A stretch of DNA of 64,000 nucleotides from a bacterium. GTDB taxonomy: Bacteria > Patescibacteriota > Minisyncoccia > Moranbacterales > GWC2-37-73. The notes under the pieces are model-generated. The model saw nothing but the letters and a program-made list of their open reading frames with translations. It was not told the DNA's origin and did no database searches. The stretch's first letter is position 1, and the number at the start of each line of letters is the position of its first letter. The stretch is taken from the NCBI GenBank assembly GCA_003251635.1, contig QKEW01000012.1, positions 53,333-117,332 of the forward strand. Reading direction: 5' to 3'. Made by a program: the position numbers and the translations under genes. Shown piece after piece: positions 30,463 to 40,351 of this stretch.

Positions 30463-31612
30463 GAATTTTTTGATAAAGCTGGAAATATTGCTCAGCCACT
30501 TTTTGCCAACTCAATTGTTCAGCCTTGATTCGACTGTTTCTGCCCATCTCTTTTTGCAAATTTGGGTCCAAAATTAATTTCTCTATTTTAATTGCCAAAT
30601 CATCCGGATCATTTTTCTTTACCAAAAAACCATTGCAACCATCTTCAACCAATTCATCCGCCCCGCCGGTTCGAGTGGAAACTATCGGCAAGCCCGAAGC
30701 TAAAGCCTCCAACATGGCGTTGCTCATGCCCTCATTAAGTGAAGGCAAAACAAAAACCTTGGATCGTTGATAGAAAGACAGAATTTTTTCATGCGCCACT
30801 TTTCCAACAAACCTGATTGGTCCTTCCATTTTTTTCTCCCGTACCAATTCTTCAAGTTCAGTCTTTTGATTGCCCTCACCAATAATATCCATCTTGATTT
30901 GAGGATATTTCGGCAATAATTTCTCCAAAGCCAAAATCAAATATTTAATTCCTTTGCGATGAGTGATACGGGTGCCTCCTAGGGTCAGATGAAAATCCAA
31001 ATCTTCCCTATCAGAAACCGGGAAAAATTTTTCCGTATCAATCCCATTATAAATCACTTCGATCTGTTGATTGGAGTCGGTTTTCAATGCCAATTCTTTG
31101 AGTCCCTGACTATTGGAAACGACTGCCTTTGCCTGATTCCAAATCTTTTTTACCAATGATTCGGTTAACTTATAGATAAAACCGAAGCGATCGCTATAAC
31201 CCGGCACATCAGAGCCCCGCAAAGAAATGACGTAAGGTATTTGATATTTTCTAAACAATCTCCAGGAAATCGCCCCACAGGGAATCGTAAAAAAAGAGTG
31301 CGACAAATCATAGTGATTTTTTCGGCAAAGATTTTGAGCAAATTTCCAAGCCTTCCAAGTGTAGAGCAGCAAATCCTTCTGAGATTGATAGTGCAGATTT
31401 TTTGCATTTTTGCCGATTGGCAATTTATGGATTCTGACGTTGGTCGAAATTTCTTCCAAATGATAGTCACCGTCAATTGAAGAGGTTACCAAGTCAACTT
31501 CCAGATTCGGCATTTTGGCGTATTCTTGCAAAATATAGGCGGTTGCATTGGCCGCCCCGCCACCCAAAGGTGGATATTCGTAATTAAAAAATAAGACTCG
31601 AACTTTTTTCAT
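30443..31612 (-). CDS. glycosyltransferase family 4
   Basis: NEGMSNAMLEALASGLPIVSTRTGGADELVEDGCNGFLV. Confidence 0.8.
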   Translation of the reverse strand: MKKVRVLFFNYEYPPLGGGAANATAYILQEYAKMPNLEVDLVTSSIDGDYHLEEISTNVRIHKLPIGKNAKNLHYQSQKDLLLYTWKAWKFAQNLCRKNHYDLSHSFFTIPCGAISWRLFRKYQIPYVISLRGSDVPGYSDRFGFIYKLTESLVKKIWNQAKAVVSNSQGLKELALKTDSNQQIEVIYNGIDTEKFFPVSDREDLDFHLTLGGTRITHRKGIKYLILALEKLLPKYPQIKMDIIGEGNQKTELEELVREKKMEGPIRFVGKVAHEKILSFYQRSKVFVLPSLNEGMSNAMLEALASGLPIVSTRTGGADELVEDGCNGFLVKKNDPDDLAIKIEKLILDPNLQKEMGRNSRIKAEQLSWQKVAEQYFQLYQKIHEQKNH

Positions 31613-31621
31613 AAAGTTTTT

Positions 31622-32230
31622 TTATTTTCCACAATTCTTTTTTTGTGCGATTTTTTTGCCGATCGCTTTGTCAAAAATTCTTTCCACCACCAAAAATGCC
31701 AAGAAGATTACCAATAAAGACAAGGTGAACTTATTGAATTTGTGAGCAATTGATAAGGCCGCCTGACCGAAAAAGTAGCCCAGCGTCAAAAAAATTATCA
31801 CCCACAAAAAAGAAGCTCGCAATTGCACTCGAAGAAAATCCCAAAAATTAATTTTCAAAAATCCCAAAACTAAAATAGTCGAGTGGTTGAAACCATACAA
31901 AAATTTGGAAATAAAAATCAAACGGAACGGATTGCACTCAATTGAAGGAAACATTCGCTTAACTCTTCTTTCGGCAAACTTGATTAATCTTTGACGCGGA
32001 TATTTTTCTTTCAAAAAACGACCGGTCCAGTACCATAAAACATCCCCCGCTAAAACCCCCAGCATAGATACCCAAAAAACATCCACGAAATCAAAAGCTC
32101 TGAGTCGGGAAAGCACACCGGCTGCCAGCATGAAAAGTTCTCCTTCAAAAATCAAGGCCACAAACAAAACCAGATATCCAATATACCGATGATTCTCTAC
32201 CAAAAAAATAAAACTTGTGACATTATCCAT
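31622..32230 (-). CDS. DedA/SNARE-associated (VTT domain) membrane protein
   Basis: LVLFVALIFEGELFMLAAGVLS ... VSMLGVLAGDVLWYWTGRF, characteristic of the DedA family. Confidence 0.75.
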   Translation of the reverse strand: MDNVTSFIFLVENHRYIGYLVLFVALIFEGELFMLAAGVLSRLRAFDFVDVFWVSMLGVLAGDVLWYWTGRFLKEKYPRQRLIKFAERRVKRMFPSIECNPFRLIFISKFLYGFNHSTILVLGFLKINFWDFLRVQLRASFLWVIIFLTLGYFFGQAALSIAHKFNKFTLSLLVIFLAFLVVERIFDKAIGKKIAQKKNCGK

Positions 32231-32238
32231 AAAACACG

Positions 32239-33951
32239 TTATTCCTTTCTTAGATCCACTAGGACTAGCTGGATTTTTTGATTACCGTTCCAATTATCTT
32301 TTTGCAAATTAAAGGCCGCATCTATTATATCGCCTTTTTGCAAATGTGAAAATTCCCCCGCCTTATAGAAAAAGATGGCCTCCAAAATCTTTGGGTCATC
32401 GGAATTTCCACTCAAAAAAAGTTTGAGGTGGTTTTCCTTACTACCCATTTTTCGAACTTCCATTATTTCCATTTGGCGACTTGCCAAAATTGGCTCAGGA
32501 TTTCCTTCCCCAAATGGACGAAGCTGTTCAATTTCAGCCGCCAATTCAAAATTTAGATCACCCGAGCTAACCTCAACATCGATTCCTAACTCCGGATCAG
32601 TTTCCTGGCCATCTAAAATCTTTTCGATTTCCGAATCCATTTTTTGATAAAACTTTTCCAAATTTTCATTTTTTATTGAAATTCCAGCTGCCTGAGCGTG
32701 ACCGCCAAATTTCAAAAGCAATTCGCTGCATTTTTCAATAACTTCAATGATATTGACTGCTGGGATCGAACGAAAGGACCCAACACTTTCAGTTTCTCCT
32801 TTTTGCAAAACAGCTGCCGGCTTATTGAATTTATCGCTAATTTTGCCAGCCACCAGACCAACGATTCCAATGGGAAAATCTTCTTGGCAGGCAAAAATAA
32901 ATTTCTTGGAAGCAAATTTATCCGCTGCCATAGCTTTAACTTTCTCCGTCACTGCTTCTGTCATTTTCTGGCGATTAGCATTATTCTCCTCTAGCTCCAA
33001 AGCCAGTACTCGCGCCGCTGCAATATCCTTTTCAACCAACAAATTATAGGCTAGATTGGCGTGATTGATCCGACCAGCCGCATTGATACGCGGAGCAATT
33101 TTGAATCCCACATCGCGACTTGTTGGCAGATTGTTTTCATCAATATTAAGCCGAGCCACCGCAAAAATCTGTTGCAAGCCAATCCGCTTGGTCTTAGATA
33201 AAACCAAAAGGCCAAACTTGGCAAAAAGACGGTTTTCATCCAACAAAGGAACGCAATCTGCAATAGTTCCGATCGCCACCAAATCTAAAAACCACTTAGT
33301 CTGATCCAACTCCTCTGGCAACAACTTTTCAAACAAAGCTTGCGCCAACTTGAAAGCCACTCCAACCCCAGCCAAATCGCTAAAAGGATAACCACAGTCC
33401 TTTACCTTTGGATTGATAATCGCCAAAGCCGTTGGCAGTTTTTCCGGTACATGATGATGATCAGTTATGATCACATCCAAACCTAGTTGCCGTGCCAACT
33501 CAACTTCCTTTACTCCTGTAATTCCACAATCAACCGTGATGATCAATTTTATTTCCTTTTGAGCTAATTCTTGAATAGCTTTTGAGTTCATTCCATAGCC
33601 TTCACTTTTTTTATCCGGAATATACACCAAAACCTCCAGGCCGACTTTTTCCAGGGTTTCTTTCAAAATAACTGAAGCCGTGATTCCATCGGCGTCATAG
33701 TCTCCAAAAACCGCCACCTTTTCGTGCTTCTCTAGAGCTTGGGTAATTCGTCCCACCGCTTTTTGCATGTCCTGAAAAAGCCAAGGACTGTGAGAGTTTT
33801 TTTGATAATCCAATTTGAGAAAATTTTCAATTTCTCCCAAATTTTTCAAACCACGCTTACTCAAAATTTTCAACAAGACCTCAGACCATTTTTTTTGGCT
33901 GATTCCAATATTATCAAAAGAAATTTTATCTGAATTAATTTTCCACTTCAT
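32239..33951 (-). CDS. recJ: single-stranded-DNA-specific exonuclease RecJ
   Basis: DHH motifs VAVFGDYDADGITASVIL and IITDHHH, plus DHHA1 and a C-terminal OB-like region. 570 aa. Confidence 0.88.
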   Translation of the reverse strand: MKWKINSDKISFDNIGISQKKWSEVLLKILSKRGLKNLGEIENFLKLDYQKNSHSPWLFQDMQKAVGRITQALEKHEKVAVFGDYDADGITASVILKETLEKVGLEVLVYIPDKKSEGYGMNSKAIQELAQKEIKLIITVDCGITGVKEVELARQLGLDVIITDHHHVPEKLPTALAIINPKVKDCGYPFSDLAGVGVAFKLAQALFEKLLPEELDQTKWFLDLVAIGTIADCVPLLDENRLFAKFGLLVLSKTKRIGLQQIFAVARLNIDENNLPTSRDVGFKIAPRINAAGRINHANLAYNLLVEKDIAAARVLALELEENNANRQKMTEAVTEKVKAMAADKFASKKFIFACQEDFPIGIVGLVAGKISDKFNKPAAVLQKGETESVGSFRSIPAVNIIEVIEKCSELLLKFGGHAQAAGISIKNENLEKFYQKMDSEIEKILDGQETDPELGIDVEVSSGDLNFELAAEIEQLRPFGEGNPEPILASRQMEIMEVRKMGSKENHLKLFLSGNSDDPKILEAIFFYKAGEFSHLQKGDIIDAAFNLQKDNWNGNQKIQLVLVDLRKE

Positions 33952-33991
33952 TTAGCCATCATTTTCAACAATTATCGCCCAAAGCCCGACA

Positions 33992-36064
33992 CTAAAAAAT
34001 AATTTTCACATCAACTGCCACCGCGGCTTGTCCATCATTATAGACAAATAAGGGATTAATATCCAGCTCTGCAATTTGCGGCAAATCCTGGGCCATATTC
34101 ATCAAGCCTTGAATTATCAGAGCAAGCTCTTTGACATCAAACTCTTTTTGCCCACGAGTTTGCCGGAATAAGAAACTGGTTTTTCCTTTTTTGAGTTTTT
34201 CTTCAATTTCAACCAAATTCAGCGGGGCTACAAAAAAATCTACCATCTTGAAAACTTCCGTATAAATCCCACCCAAACCAGCCACCACTATCGGACCAAA
34301 AATTGGATCACGGTTAATTCCCAAAATCAATTCCATACCCCTTGAAAGCATTGACTGGACCAATACTTTCTCGCCATTAAATCTGGTTTGAAAATCAGCC
34401 AGGGCCGCTTTCAATTCATCTGCATTTTTTATATTTAAAACCAAAGCTTTCTGATCGGTTTTGTGCAAGACTTGGTCGCTGTCAATCTTAGCCACCACCG
34501 GATATTCAATCTCTTGGGGAATTTGATCTGTTCCACTCAAATGAAAAGACTGGACCGTCTTAATCCCATAAAGCTCCATGACCTTAGCGGCTTCCAAAAA
34601 ATCCAAAGCTTTGCGTCCGCTTTTTTGAGCTTTTTCCAAAATTTCCCCAGCCATTTTCTGGTTTTCAGTTTGACTTTCCGCTAGCGACTCTCCATTTTCA
34701 ATTGTCAGATTTTTTCGTTGCTGCCAAACATAGAATCTGTTTAAAATTTCCACAGCTTTTTCCGGAAAATCAAAAACTAAAATTCCATTTTTTTGCATTT
34801 TAGCTCGAGCCTCTTCAACCAACTGGCCACCGACAAAAGCCGCTGCCACGTTTTTGCTTGACCGTTTTTTAAAATCAATCAACAAATCCGCAACGGCCCC
34901 TACCGGGGTTTTTTCTTGTGGAGTCAAAATCGCGATGATAGCTCCCAGCTCCTCTTTTTCCAAATTCTCCAAAGCCCAAGCGTAACGCTTCTCATCAGCA
35001 TCCCCCAAGATATCAATCGGGTTATTGACCGAGCCTTCGGCTGGCAATTCTTTTTGAAGTTGAAACTTGAACTCATCAGAAAAATCTGCCAACTGAATCG
35101 TTTTACCCTTGAAAGCATCGGTAGCCAAAACTCCACCTCCACCAGCATTGGTAATTACCGCTACTTTCTCATTAGAAAACTCCCTGGCCGCTGAAAATAT
35201 CTTCAACGTTTGCAAGAAATCTTCCAAAGTCTCGGTTCGCACCACTCCGACTTTTTCAAAAACTGCCTCTACAATCTCATCACTGCCAGCCAACGCACCA
35301 GTATGTGAAGAAATGGCCTGTTGAGCCTTGGCAGTTTTGCCAGCTTTCAAAATCACAATCGGTTTTTGACGCGCCACTCTTTCAGCCGTTTCAATAAATT
35401 GCGCTCCATTTTTTATTCCCTCCAAATACATGCCGATAACTTTGGTTTTTTGGTCTTTTTCCAGTTGCTCCAAGATTTCAGTTTCACTTAGCTGCATTTT
35501 ATTGCCCAAAGAAACCAACAAGGAAAAACTTAAATTTTCTTTTTTGGCCACATCCAAGATAGCCACCAGCAAAGCTCCGGATTGCGAACCAAGAGCAATC
35601 GAACCATCTTCCGGCATCCCAACCGCGAAAGAAGCGTTCAATTTCAAACTGGGATTGAGAAATCCCAAACAGTTTGGCCCCAAAATGTTCAAACCTTTCT
35701 CGCGAGCCAAATCAGCCAATTCTTTTTCCAATTGAGCCCCCTCTTTGCCAGTTTCAGCAAAACCGGCTGAGATTATCACAAAATTCTTGACTTTGGCGGA
35801 ATTTTTAACCACATCCAAGACAAATTTGGCCGGCACTACCACCACAGCCAAATCAACCTGACTTTCGATTTCATCCAGATTCTGATAACATTTTTGCTTA
35901 AAAAGCTCAGTATAGGAAGGATTAACTAAAAAAATCTCTCCGGCAAAGCCAAGTTTCAAAACATTTTCTGCAATGGCTGTGCCAATTTTGCCTGGCTTTT
36001 CACTGGCTCCTACCACTGCTACCGACTTGGGCTCAAAAAAAGAAGAAAAGTTTGCTTTTTCCAT
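33992..36064 (-). CDS. acyl-CoA (acetyl-CoA) synthetase, ADP/NDP-forming, fused alpha-beta (ACD family)
   Basis: N-terminal CoA-binding KSVAVVGASEKPGKIGTAIAENV, succinyl-CoA-synthetase-like flavodoxin and ATP-grasp regions. 690 aa. Confidence 0.8.
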   Translation of the reverse strand: MEKANFSSFFEPKSVAVVGASEKPGKIGTAIAENVLKLGFAGEIFLVNPSYTELFKQKCYQNLDEIESQVDLAVVVVPAKFVLDVVKNSAKVKNFVIISAGFAETGKEGAQLEKELADLAREKGLNILGPNCLGFLNPSLKLNASFAVGMPEDGSIALGSQSGALLVAILDVAKKENLSFSLLVSLGNKMQLSETEILEQLEKDQKTKVIGMYLEGIKNGAQFIETAERVARQKPIVILKAGKTAKAQQAISSHTGALAGSDEIVEAVFEKVGVVRTETLEDFLQTLKIFSAAREFSNEKVAVITNAGGGGVLATDAFKGKTIQLADFSDEFKFQLQKELPAEGSVNNPIDILGDADEKRYAWALENLEKEELGAIIAILTPQEKTPVGAVADLLIDFKKRSSKNVAAAFVGGQLVEEARAKMQKNGILVFDFPEKAVEILNRFYVWQQRKNLTIENGESLAESQTENQKMAGEILEKAQKSGRKALDFLEAAKVMELYGIKTVQSFHLSGTDQIPQEIEYPVVAKIDSDQVLHKTDQKALVLNIKNADELKAALADFQTRFNGEKVLVQSMLSRGMELILGINRDPIFGPIVVAGLGGIYTEVFKMVDFFVAPLNLVEIEEKLKKGKTSFLFRQTRGQKEFDVKELALIIQGLMNMAQDLPQIAELDINPLFVYNDGQAAVAVDVKIIF

Positions 36065-36173
36065 AGATTCTTAGTGTAATTTATCCATTTATCTTTCAAT
36101 TATACACCAATTCCCAAGCGACCGAAACACCCATGACAAAATTTAATACGTATTATAATCCTTACCAAATTTT

Positions 36174-36884
36174 TTATTTCAGATCCAAATAATGTTTTCT
36201 CTTTTTCTCCTCAAATTTTTCAATAGCATAGCGCAGCATTGTACGGGACATTTTCAGGGCATGCTGATCCAAAAAATCACATTCAACTTTTTCGCTGCAG
36301 CGCTTGCCAACTTCGCGCAGCATCCAACCAACCGCCTTGTGAATCAAATCCTGCTCATCGCCCAAAAGCTTTTTGGCAATCTTCAAGGTCCATTCGCATT
36401 CACCGTTTTTAGTGAAATGAAAGGTGGCCAAAATGGCAATTCGTCTTTCCCATAAAATTTTCGACTCGGCCAGTTCCAGCAAAATTTTTCGATCTCGATT
36501 TTTCAAATAGGCTCCCGCAATTTTGTCAGCCGTCAAATCAACCAAATCCCAATTGTTGATAAATTTGGTATTTTGCCAATAAATTTCAAAAATATCTTTT
36601 TGGGTTTTCTCGTCACCTCTTTCAAATTGATCCACCAAAACCAGCAAGGCCCAGAGACGCTCTTCGTGAAAAGCGGAGTGCAGCAAAGTCAAAATATCTT
36701 CGCGAGAAGCCTCTCGATATTTTTTGACCAAACGACGAATTTCCGGCACCACGATTCCCAAAAACTGATCGCCTTCACCATACTGCCCCTGACCAGTCTT
36801 GAAAAACCGCCGCAAAATTTGGGCTTTTTCAATACTAGCCACTTGTCTCAAATCTTTTTTAATTTTGGAAATTTCACTTTTCAT
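36174..36884 (-). CDS. DNA alkylation repair protein (AlkC/AlkD-like HEAT-repeat glycosylase family)
   Basis: 236 aa all-alpha protein. The N-terminus LRQVASIEKAQILRRFFKTGQGQYGEGDQFLGIVVPEIRRLVKKY matches the AlkD family hallmark. Confidence 0.7.
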   Translation of the reverse strand: MKSEISKIKKDLRQVASIEKAQILRRFFKTGQGQYGEGDQFLGIVVPEIRRLVKKYREASREDILTLLHSAFHEERLWALLVLVDQFERGDEKTQKDIFEIYWQNTKFINNWDLVDLTADKIAGAYLKNRDRKILLELAESKILWERRIAILATFHFTKNGECEWTLKIAKKLLGDEQDLIHKAVGWMLREVGKRCSEKVECDFLDQHALKMSRTMLRYAIEKFEEKKRKHYLDLK

Positions 36885-36929
36885 TTATTTTTCCGCTTAA
36901 CATCAAACAATTTTTCATTTACGTAAACA

Positions 36930-36949
36930 TTACTTACATATGTAAGTAA
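36930..36949. promoter_or_regulatory. perfect 20-nt palindrome TTACTTACATATGTAAGTAA upstream of the AlkD-like gene
   Basis: Seen directly, 46 nt upstream of the alkD-like start (36884, minus strand). Candidate operator. Confidence 0.3.
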
Positions 36950-36973
36950 ATCTATCACACTTTAGTGTTACTA

Positions 36974-37003
36974 AAAAATAAAAAACGGCCGACAATCGAC
37001 CGC
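36974..37003 (-). terminator. rho-independent terminator downstream of dnaJ
   Basis: On the minus strand, GCGGTCGATTGTCGGCCG hairpin followed by TTTTTTATTTTTT. Confidence 0.55.
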
Positions 37004-37013
37004 TTTTAGTCTT

Positions 37014-38099
37014 TTAATCTAACTCTCGAAGTTGCTCGACCAGTTTTTTCTGCTGGCGAGAAAGTTTTCTGGGAACGTCCACCACGATTTTAACCAGATG
37101 GTCACCTCGCGAAGATCCCTGCAAAACTGGCACGCCTTTGCCTTTGATTCGGAAAGTTTCACCTGACTGAGTTCCCGACGGCACTTTCATGGTAACTTGA
37201 CCTTCGATTGTTTTGATTGGAATTTTGTCACCCAAAACTGCTTGAGCAAAAGAAACGTGTTGGGAAGAAAGGATATCATTGTTTTTTCGCTGAAATTCCC
37301 GATGCGGTCGCACATGCACATTCACATAGAGATTGCCATTGGGAGCACCTTTCTCTCCGGCCTCTCCGGCACCGCGAATTGAAATTGTTTGACCCGAATC
37401 GATTCCGGCTGGAATTTTGATATTTATTTTTTTCTCCTGTTTAATGCGACCGTCTCCTCCGCACTTGTGACATTTTTTGGAATAGGTCTTGCCTGATCCC
37501 TGACAGGTTGGACAAGTTGAAACCTGCGCAAATGATCCAAACATACTGCGCACCGTTTGTTGAACTTTGCCAGACCCCTTGCAGGTCAAACAGGTTTCTT
37601 CTTTGGCACCCGGTTCTCCTCCTGTTCCATGACAAACATCACATTCGGTTTTCAAATACAAATTTATATCCCGATCTGCACCATTGACCATTTCTTCAAA
37701 AGAAATCTCCACATCCACCTGCACATCGTTGCCTGGTTGTTTTTGACTGCGCGAGCGACCACCCCCAAAAATATCAGAGAAAATATCTCCAAAACCTTCG
37801 CCGAAATCTCCGGAAAAACCACCTTGAAAACCGGAAAAATCAAATCCGCCTTGAGAAGAAAAACCGCCAAAGCCACCCTGTCCGCCACTGCCAAAAGTTT
37901 GACCAAACTGATCATATTGAGCTCGTTTGGTTTTGTCAGAAAGAGTCTGATAGGCTTCGTTAATTTCTTTGAATTTTTTTTCATCCCCGCCAGCTTTGTC
38001 GGGATGATATTTGTGGGCCAGTTTTCGATAAGCTTTTTTGATCTCATCATCTGAAGCTCCCTTGGAAATGCCTAAAGTATCGTAAAAATCTTTTGCCAT
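37014..38099 (-). CDS. dnaJ: chaperone DnaJ (Hsp40)
   Basis: J-domain with [12 protein letters not shown], a Gly/Phe-rich linker, and four CxxCxGxG zinc-finger repeats. Confidence 0.92.
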   Translation of the reverse strand: MAKDFYDTLGISKGASDDEIKKAYRKLAHKYHPDKAGGDEKKFKEINEAYQTLSDKTKRAQYDQFGQTFGSGGQGGFGGFSSQGGFDFSGFQGGFSGDFGEGFGDIFSDIFGGGRSRSQKQPGNDVQVDVEISFEEMVNGADRDINLYLKTECDVCHGTGGEPGAKEETCLTCKGSGKVQQTVRSMFGSFAQVSTCPTCQGSGKTYSKKCHKCGGDGRIKQEKKINIKIPAGIDSGQTISIRGAGEAGEKGAPNGNLYVNVHVRPHREFQRKNNDILSSQHVSFAQAVLGDKIPIKTIEGQVTMKVPSGTQSGETFRIKGKGVPVLQGSSRGDHLVKIVVDVPRKLSRQQKKLVEQLRELD

Positions 38100-38164
38100 A
38101 ATCTTTCAGAAAAATTAATTGCTATTTTTTCCTTGCCCAACCATTCTACAACCAAAATCAAAAC

Positions 38165-38191
38165 TTAGCAATCCCCTCGGACGAGTGCTAA
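38165..38191. promoter_or_regulatory. CIRCE-like HrcA operator (one mismatch) upstream of dnaJ
   Basis: TTAGCAaTC-N9-GAGTGCTAA, versus the consensus TTAGCACTC-N9-GAGTGCTAA. Confidence 0.6.
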
Positions 38192-38206
38192 TTAATAACT
38201 TTTTAT

Positions 38207-39181
38207 TTAAACGATTATTTCCGCCAAACGATCTTCCAATTTTACCCGCACAATGGCTGTTTTTTTCAAAATCCAAAAAACCATTGAAGCCAGATATAGC
38301 CAAAAAAAACGCAAAAATGGACCGAGCGAAAGCAGAGTCAAAAGCAAAATTAAGGCCAAGACAAATGAAAGCAGCTGGGGAGAATTTTCTTGTCCCCTCA
38401 CAACCGAAAATTTGCTCATCCTGGAATTTATTAAGGCCACAAAAACATCGTTTACCTTCTCGTCTCCCGCAATTTTGAAACCAGCCGTCTGAGAAAGTTG
38501 TTTCTTCCAATCATCAACAACGATCTGTCGCAATTCGCTCTCACTGACCGAAGCGCTGCTTGAAAGAATATCATTCATCTTATTGTCAGATTGCTTGGCG
38601 GAAATGACCTCATAGAGTTCGGCCAAAAAATCGTCCATGGAAATCTGATCACTCTTCATTTTGGAAAAATCGGGAGAGACCTTGGATAAACTCCAATCAA
38701 TAATTCCATTTGTAAGTTTATTAGAATCAAGTGACAAGTTTATTTCAGGTAAATTTCTGACCGTAAAATAATATTGACTGGTTACAATCAAAGAAAGAGC
38801 GACAATTATGTAAAAAATGCTTCGCTGAGAATTGCGGCGAAAACTTATTTTCAAACTGGAATCAAAATCTCCACAAGCAATTACCCAGCCCTTGAAAAGA
38901 AGCAGGACTCCAACCAAAACAAACAACAAATGGCCGGCCTTAAAAACAAAAATTAGACTCAAGGCCGTCACTCCAAAACAAACGGCCAGAATCATCAATC
39001 TTTGGCGCTCCAGAGCAAAAAACAAAACCAGACAAACAGCCAAAATGGAAAATATCAAAAAGGGCCACCAAAAATTACTAGCCGATTCTACCATTATTGC
39101 CCGATCGATTGACCACCAAGACAATAAAGCGCTTACCAAAATCACAACCATCAGGATTTTATTCAAATTCTTTTTTAACAT
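38207..39181 (-). CDS. hypothetical membrane protein (4 N-terminal + 2 C-terminal TM helices around a soluble domain)
   Basis: 324 aa with no recognisable family. It lies between dnaK and dnaJ on the same strand. Confidence 0.4.
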   Translation of the reverse strand: MLKKNLNKILMVVILVSALLSWWSIDRAIMVESASNFWWPFLIFSILAVCLVLFFALERQRLMILAVCFGVTALSLIFVFKAGHLLFVLVGVLLLFKGWVIACGDFDSSLKISFRRNSQRSIFYIIVALSLIVTSQYYFTVRNLPEINLSLDSNKLTNGIIDWSLSKVSPDFSKMKSDQISMDDFLAELYEVISAKQSDNKMNDILSSSASVSESELRQIVVDDWKKQLSQTAGFKIAGDEKVNDVFVALINSRMSKFSVVRGQENSPQLLSFVLALILLLTLLSLGPFLRFFWLYLASMVFWILKKTAIVRVKLEDRLAEIIV

Positions 39182-39300
39182 TATTTTTGTTTTAGTTTTT
39201 TGTTATTCATATGTTTTCATTTTAACATAAAACCTGAAAAATTTCCTTGGAAATTGAAAAAGGCGAAGTCCGTTTGGACTTCGCCTTTTCGCGAAACAAT

Positions 39301-40176
39301 TCAATCGCCCGAGTCTTCACCACCCAAAACCAGTGGCTCAGACTCATCTTCATCAAAATCATATTCTTCCAAATCTTCTTCCTCGGGAAATAAAGCGAGA
39401 AACTGCTGAATTTCCACAGGGATTTCCGGGATGATAAACATCGGGAGGTAAGAGCAATAAGCCAACATTCCATCTATTGATTTTTTCACGGCCAAGGCTT
39501 GGTGATGAGTTCTGTTCGGATTATATATCTTATAAAGCTCAAAAACTTTTTCACATCCCAAGAAAAAAGCCAATAAACTTAATGTCTCATCATTAATGCT
39601 GAGTTTTTTAACCGGGTCAACACTTTCCGCACCATAAGGATCCTCGTCCAGAGGCACAACCCAGAGATAGCCGTTAGTGATTTTTTTATTCTTACAAGCT
39701 CGATAAATATCGCGCTTGTATTCGCTAACTGCATTGAATAATAAAGTTTGATATCCGGCCAAAATGTCCATATTGGCCGGATTAAAAACCCAAATATTTT
39801 CCAAATGGGTTCGCAAACCATTTTTGAGAAAATCCAAAAAGTCAGCTAGATAAAACTCCACTCTTCCGACATTTTCAGCGTTAACATCATCGCCGAAGTA
39901 AAAAGTTATATCGTTATAATCAGTATCAACAATCATCAGCTGCGCTAAATCGTCATCTAATGAAAAATTAAAATTAAGCTTGGAATTCCATTTATTACTA
40001 TTGCAAATTGCCACGCTCATGCCCGTCAATAGCCAACCCGGGATTTTTAAGTGTTTAATAACAACCAATGCTCTGTTACTTTCCCTGGCGTTAAAAATTT
40101 TTTTCAAGCCTTGATATCCAAGACACCACTTACCACCACCTGTTACCAAAGTCAAAAATAAGTTTTTCATCTTCAA
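39301..40176 (-). CDS. hypothetical protein with poly-acidic C-terminal tail
   Basis: 291 aa with no recognisable family. The C-terminus is EEEDLEEYDFDEDESEPLVLGGEDSGD. Same strand as dnaK, immediately downstream of it. Confidence 0.4.
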   Translation of the reverse strand: MKMKNLFLTLVTGGGKWCLGYQGLKKIFNARESNRALVVIKHLKIPGWLLTGMSVAICNSNKWNSKLNFNFSLDDDLAQLMIVDTDYNDITFYFGDDVNAENVGRVEFYLADFLDFLKNGLRTHLENIWVFNPANMDILAGYQTLLFNAVSEYKRDIYRACKNKKITNGYLWVVPLDEDPYGAESVDPVKKLSINDETLSLLAFFLGCEKVFELYKIYNPNRTHHQALAVKKSIDGMLAYCSYLPMFIIPEIPVEIQQFLALFPEEEDLEEYDFDEDESEPLVLGGEDSGD

Positions 40177-40351
40177 ATACCCTTTCTCCAGAAATTTTAG
40201 CCCCTCGCCTAAAAACCTAATTGTTAAGCTACTTTTTTTAAACTTCCCAAAACTTTAGCACAAAGTCTGAGAAAAATCAAGCTTGGGACACCAAAAAACG
40301 AGGGATTGCTCCCTCGTTTCTGGTCAGAAAATATTCAACTAAAAGTTCAAC

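Noticed and set aside
38115-38510. 131-aa and 119-aa ORFs overlapping the dnaJ upstream region and the 5' end of the membrane protein gene
   Set aside because: They overlap the CIRCE and a better-supported gene and have odd composition (Cys/Gly/Arg-rich, no RBS). They are probably spurious.
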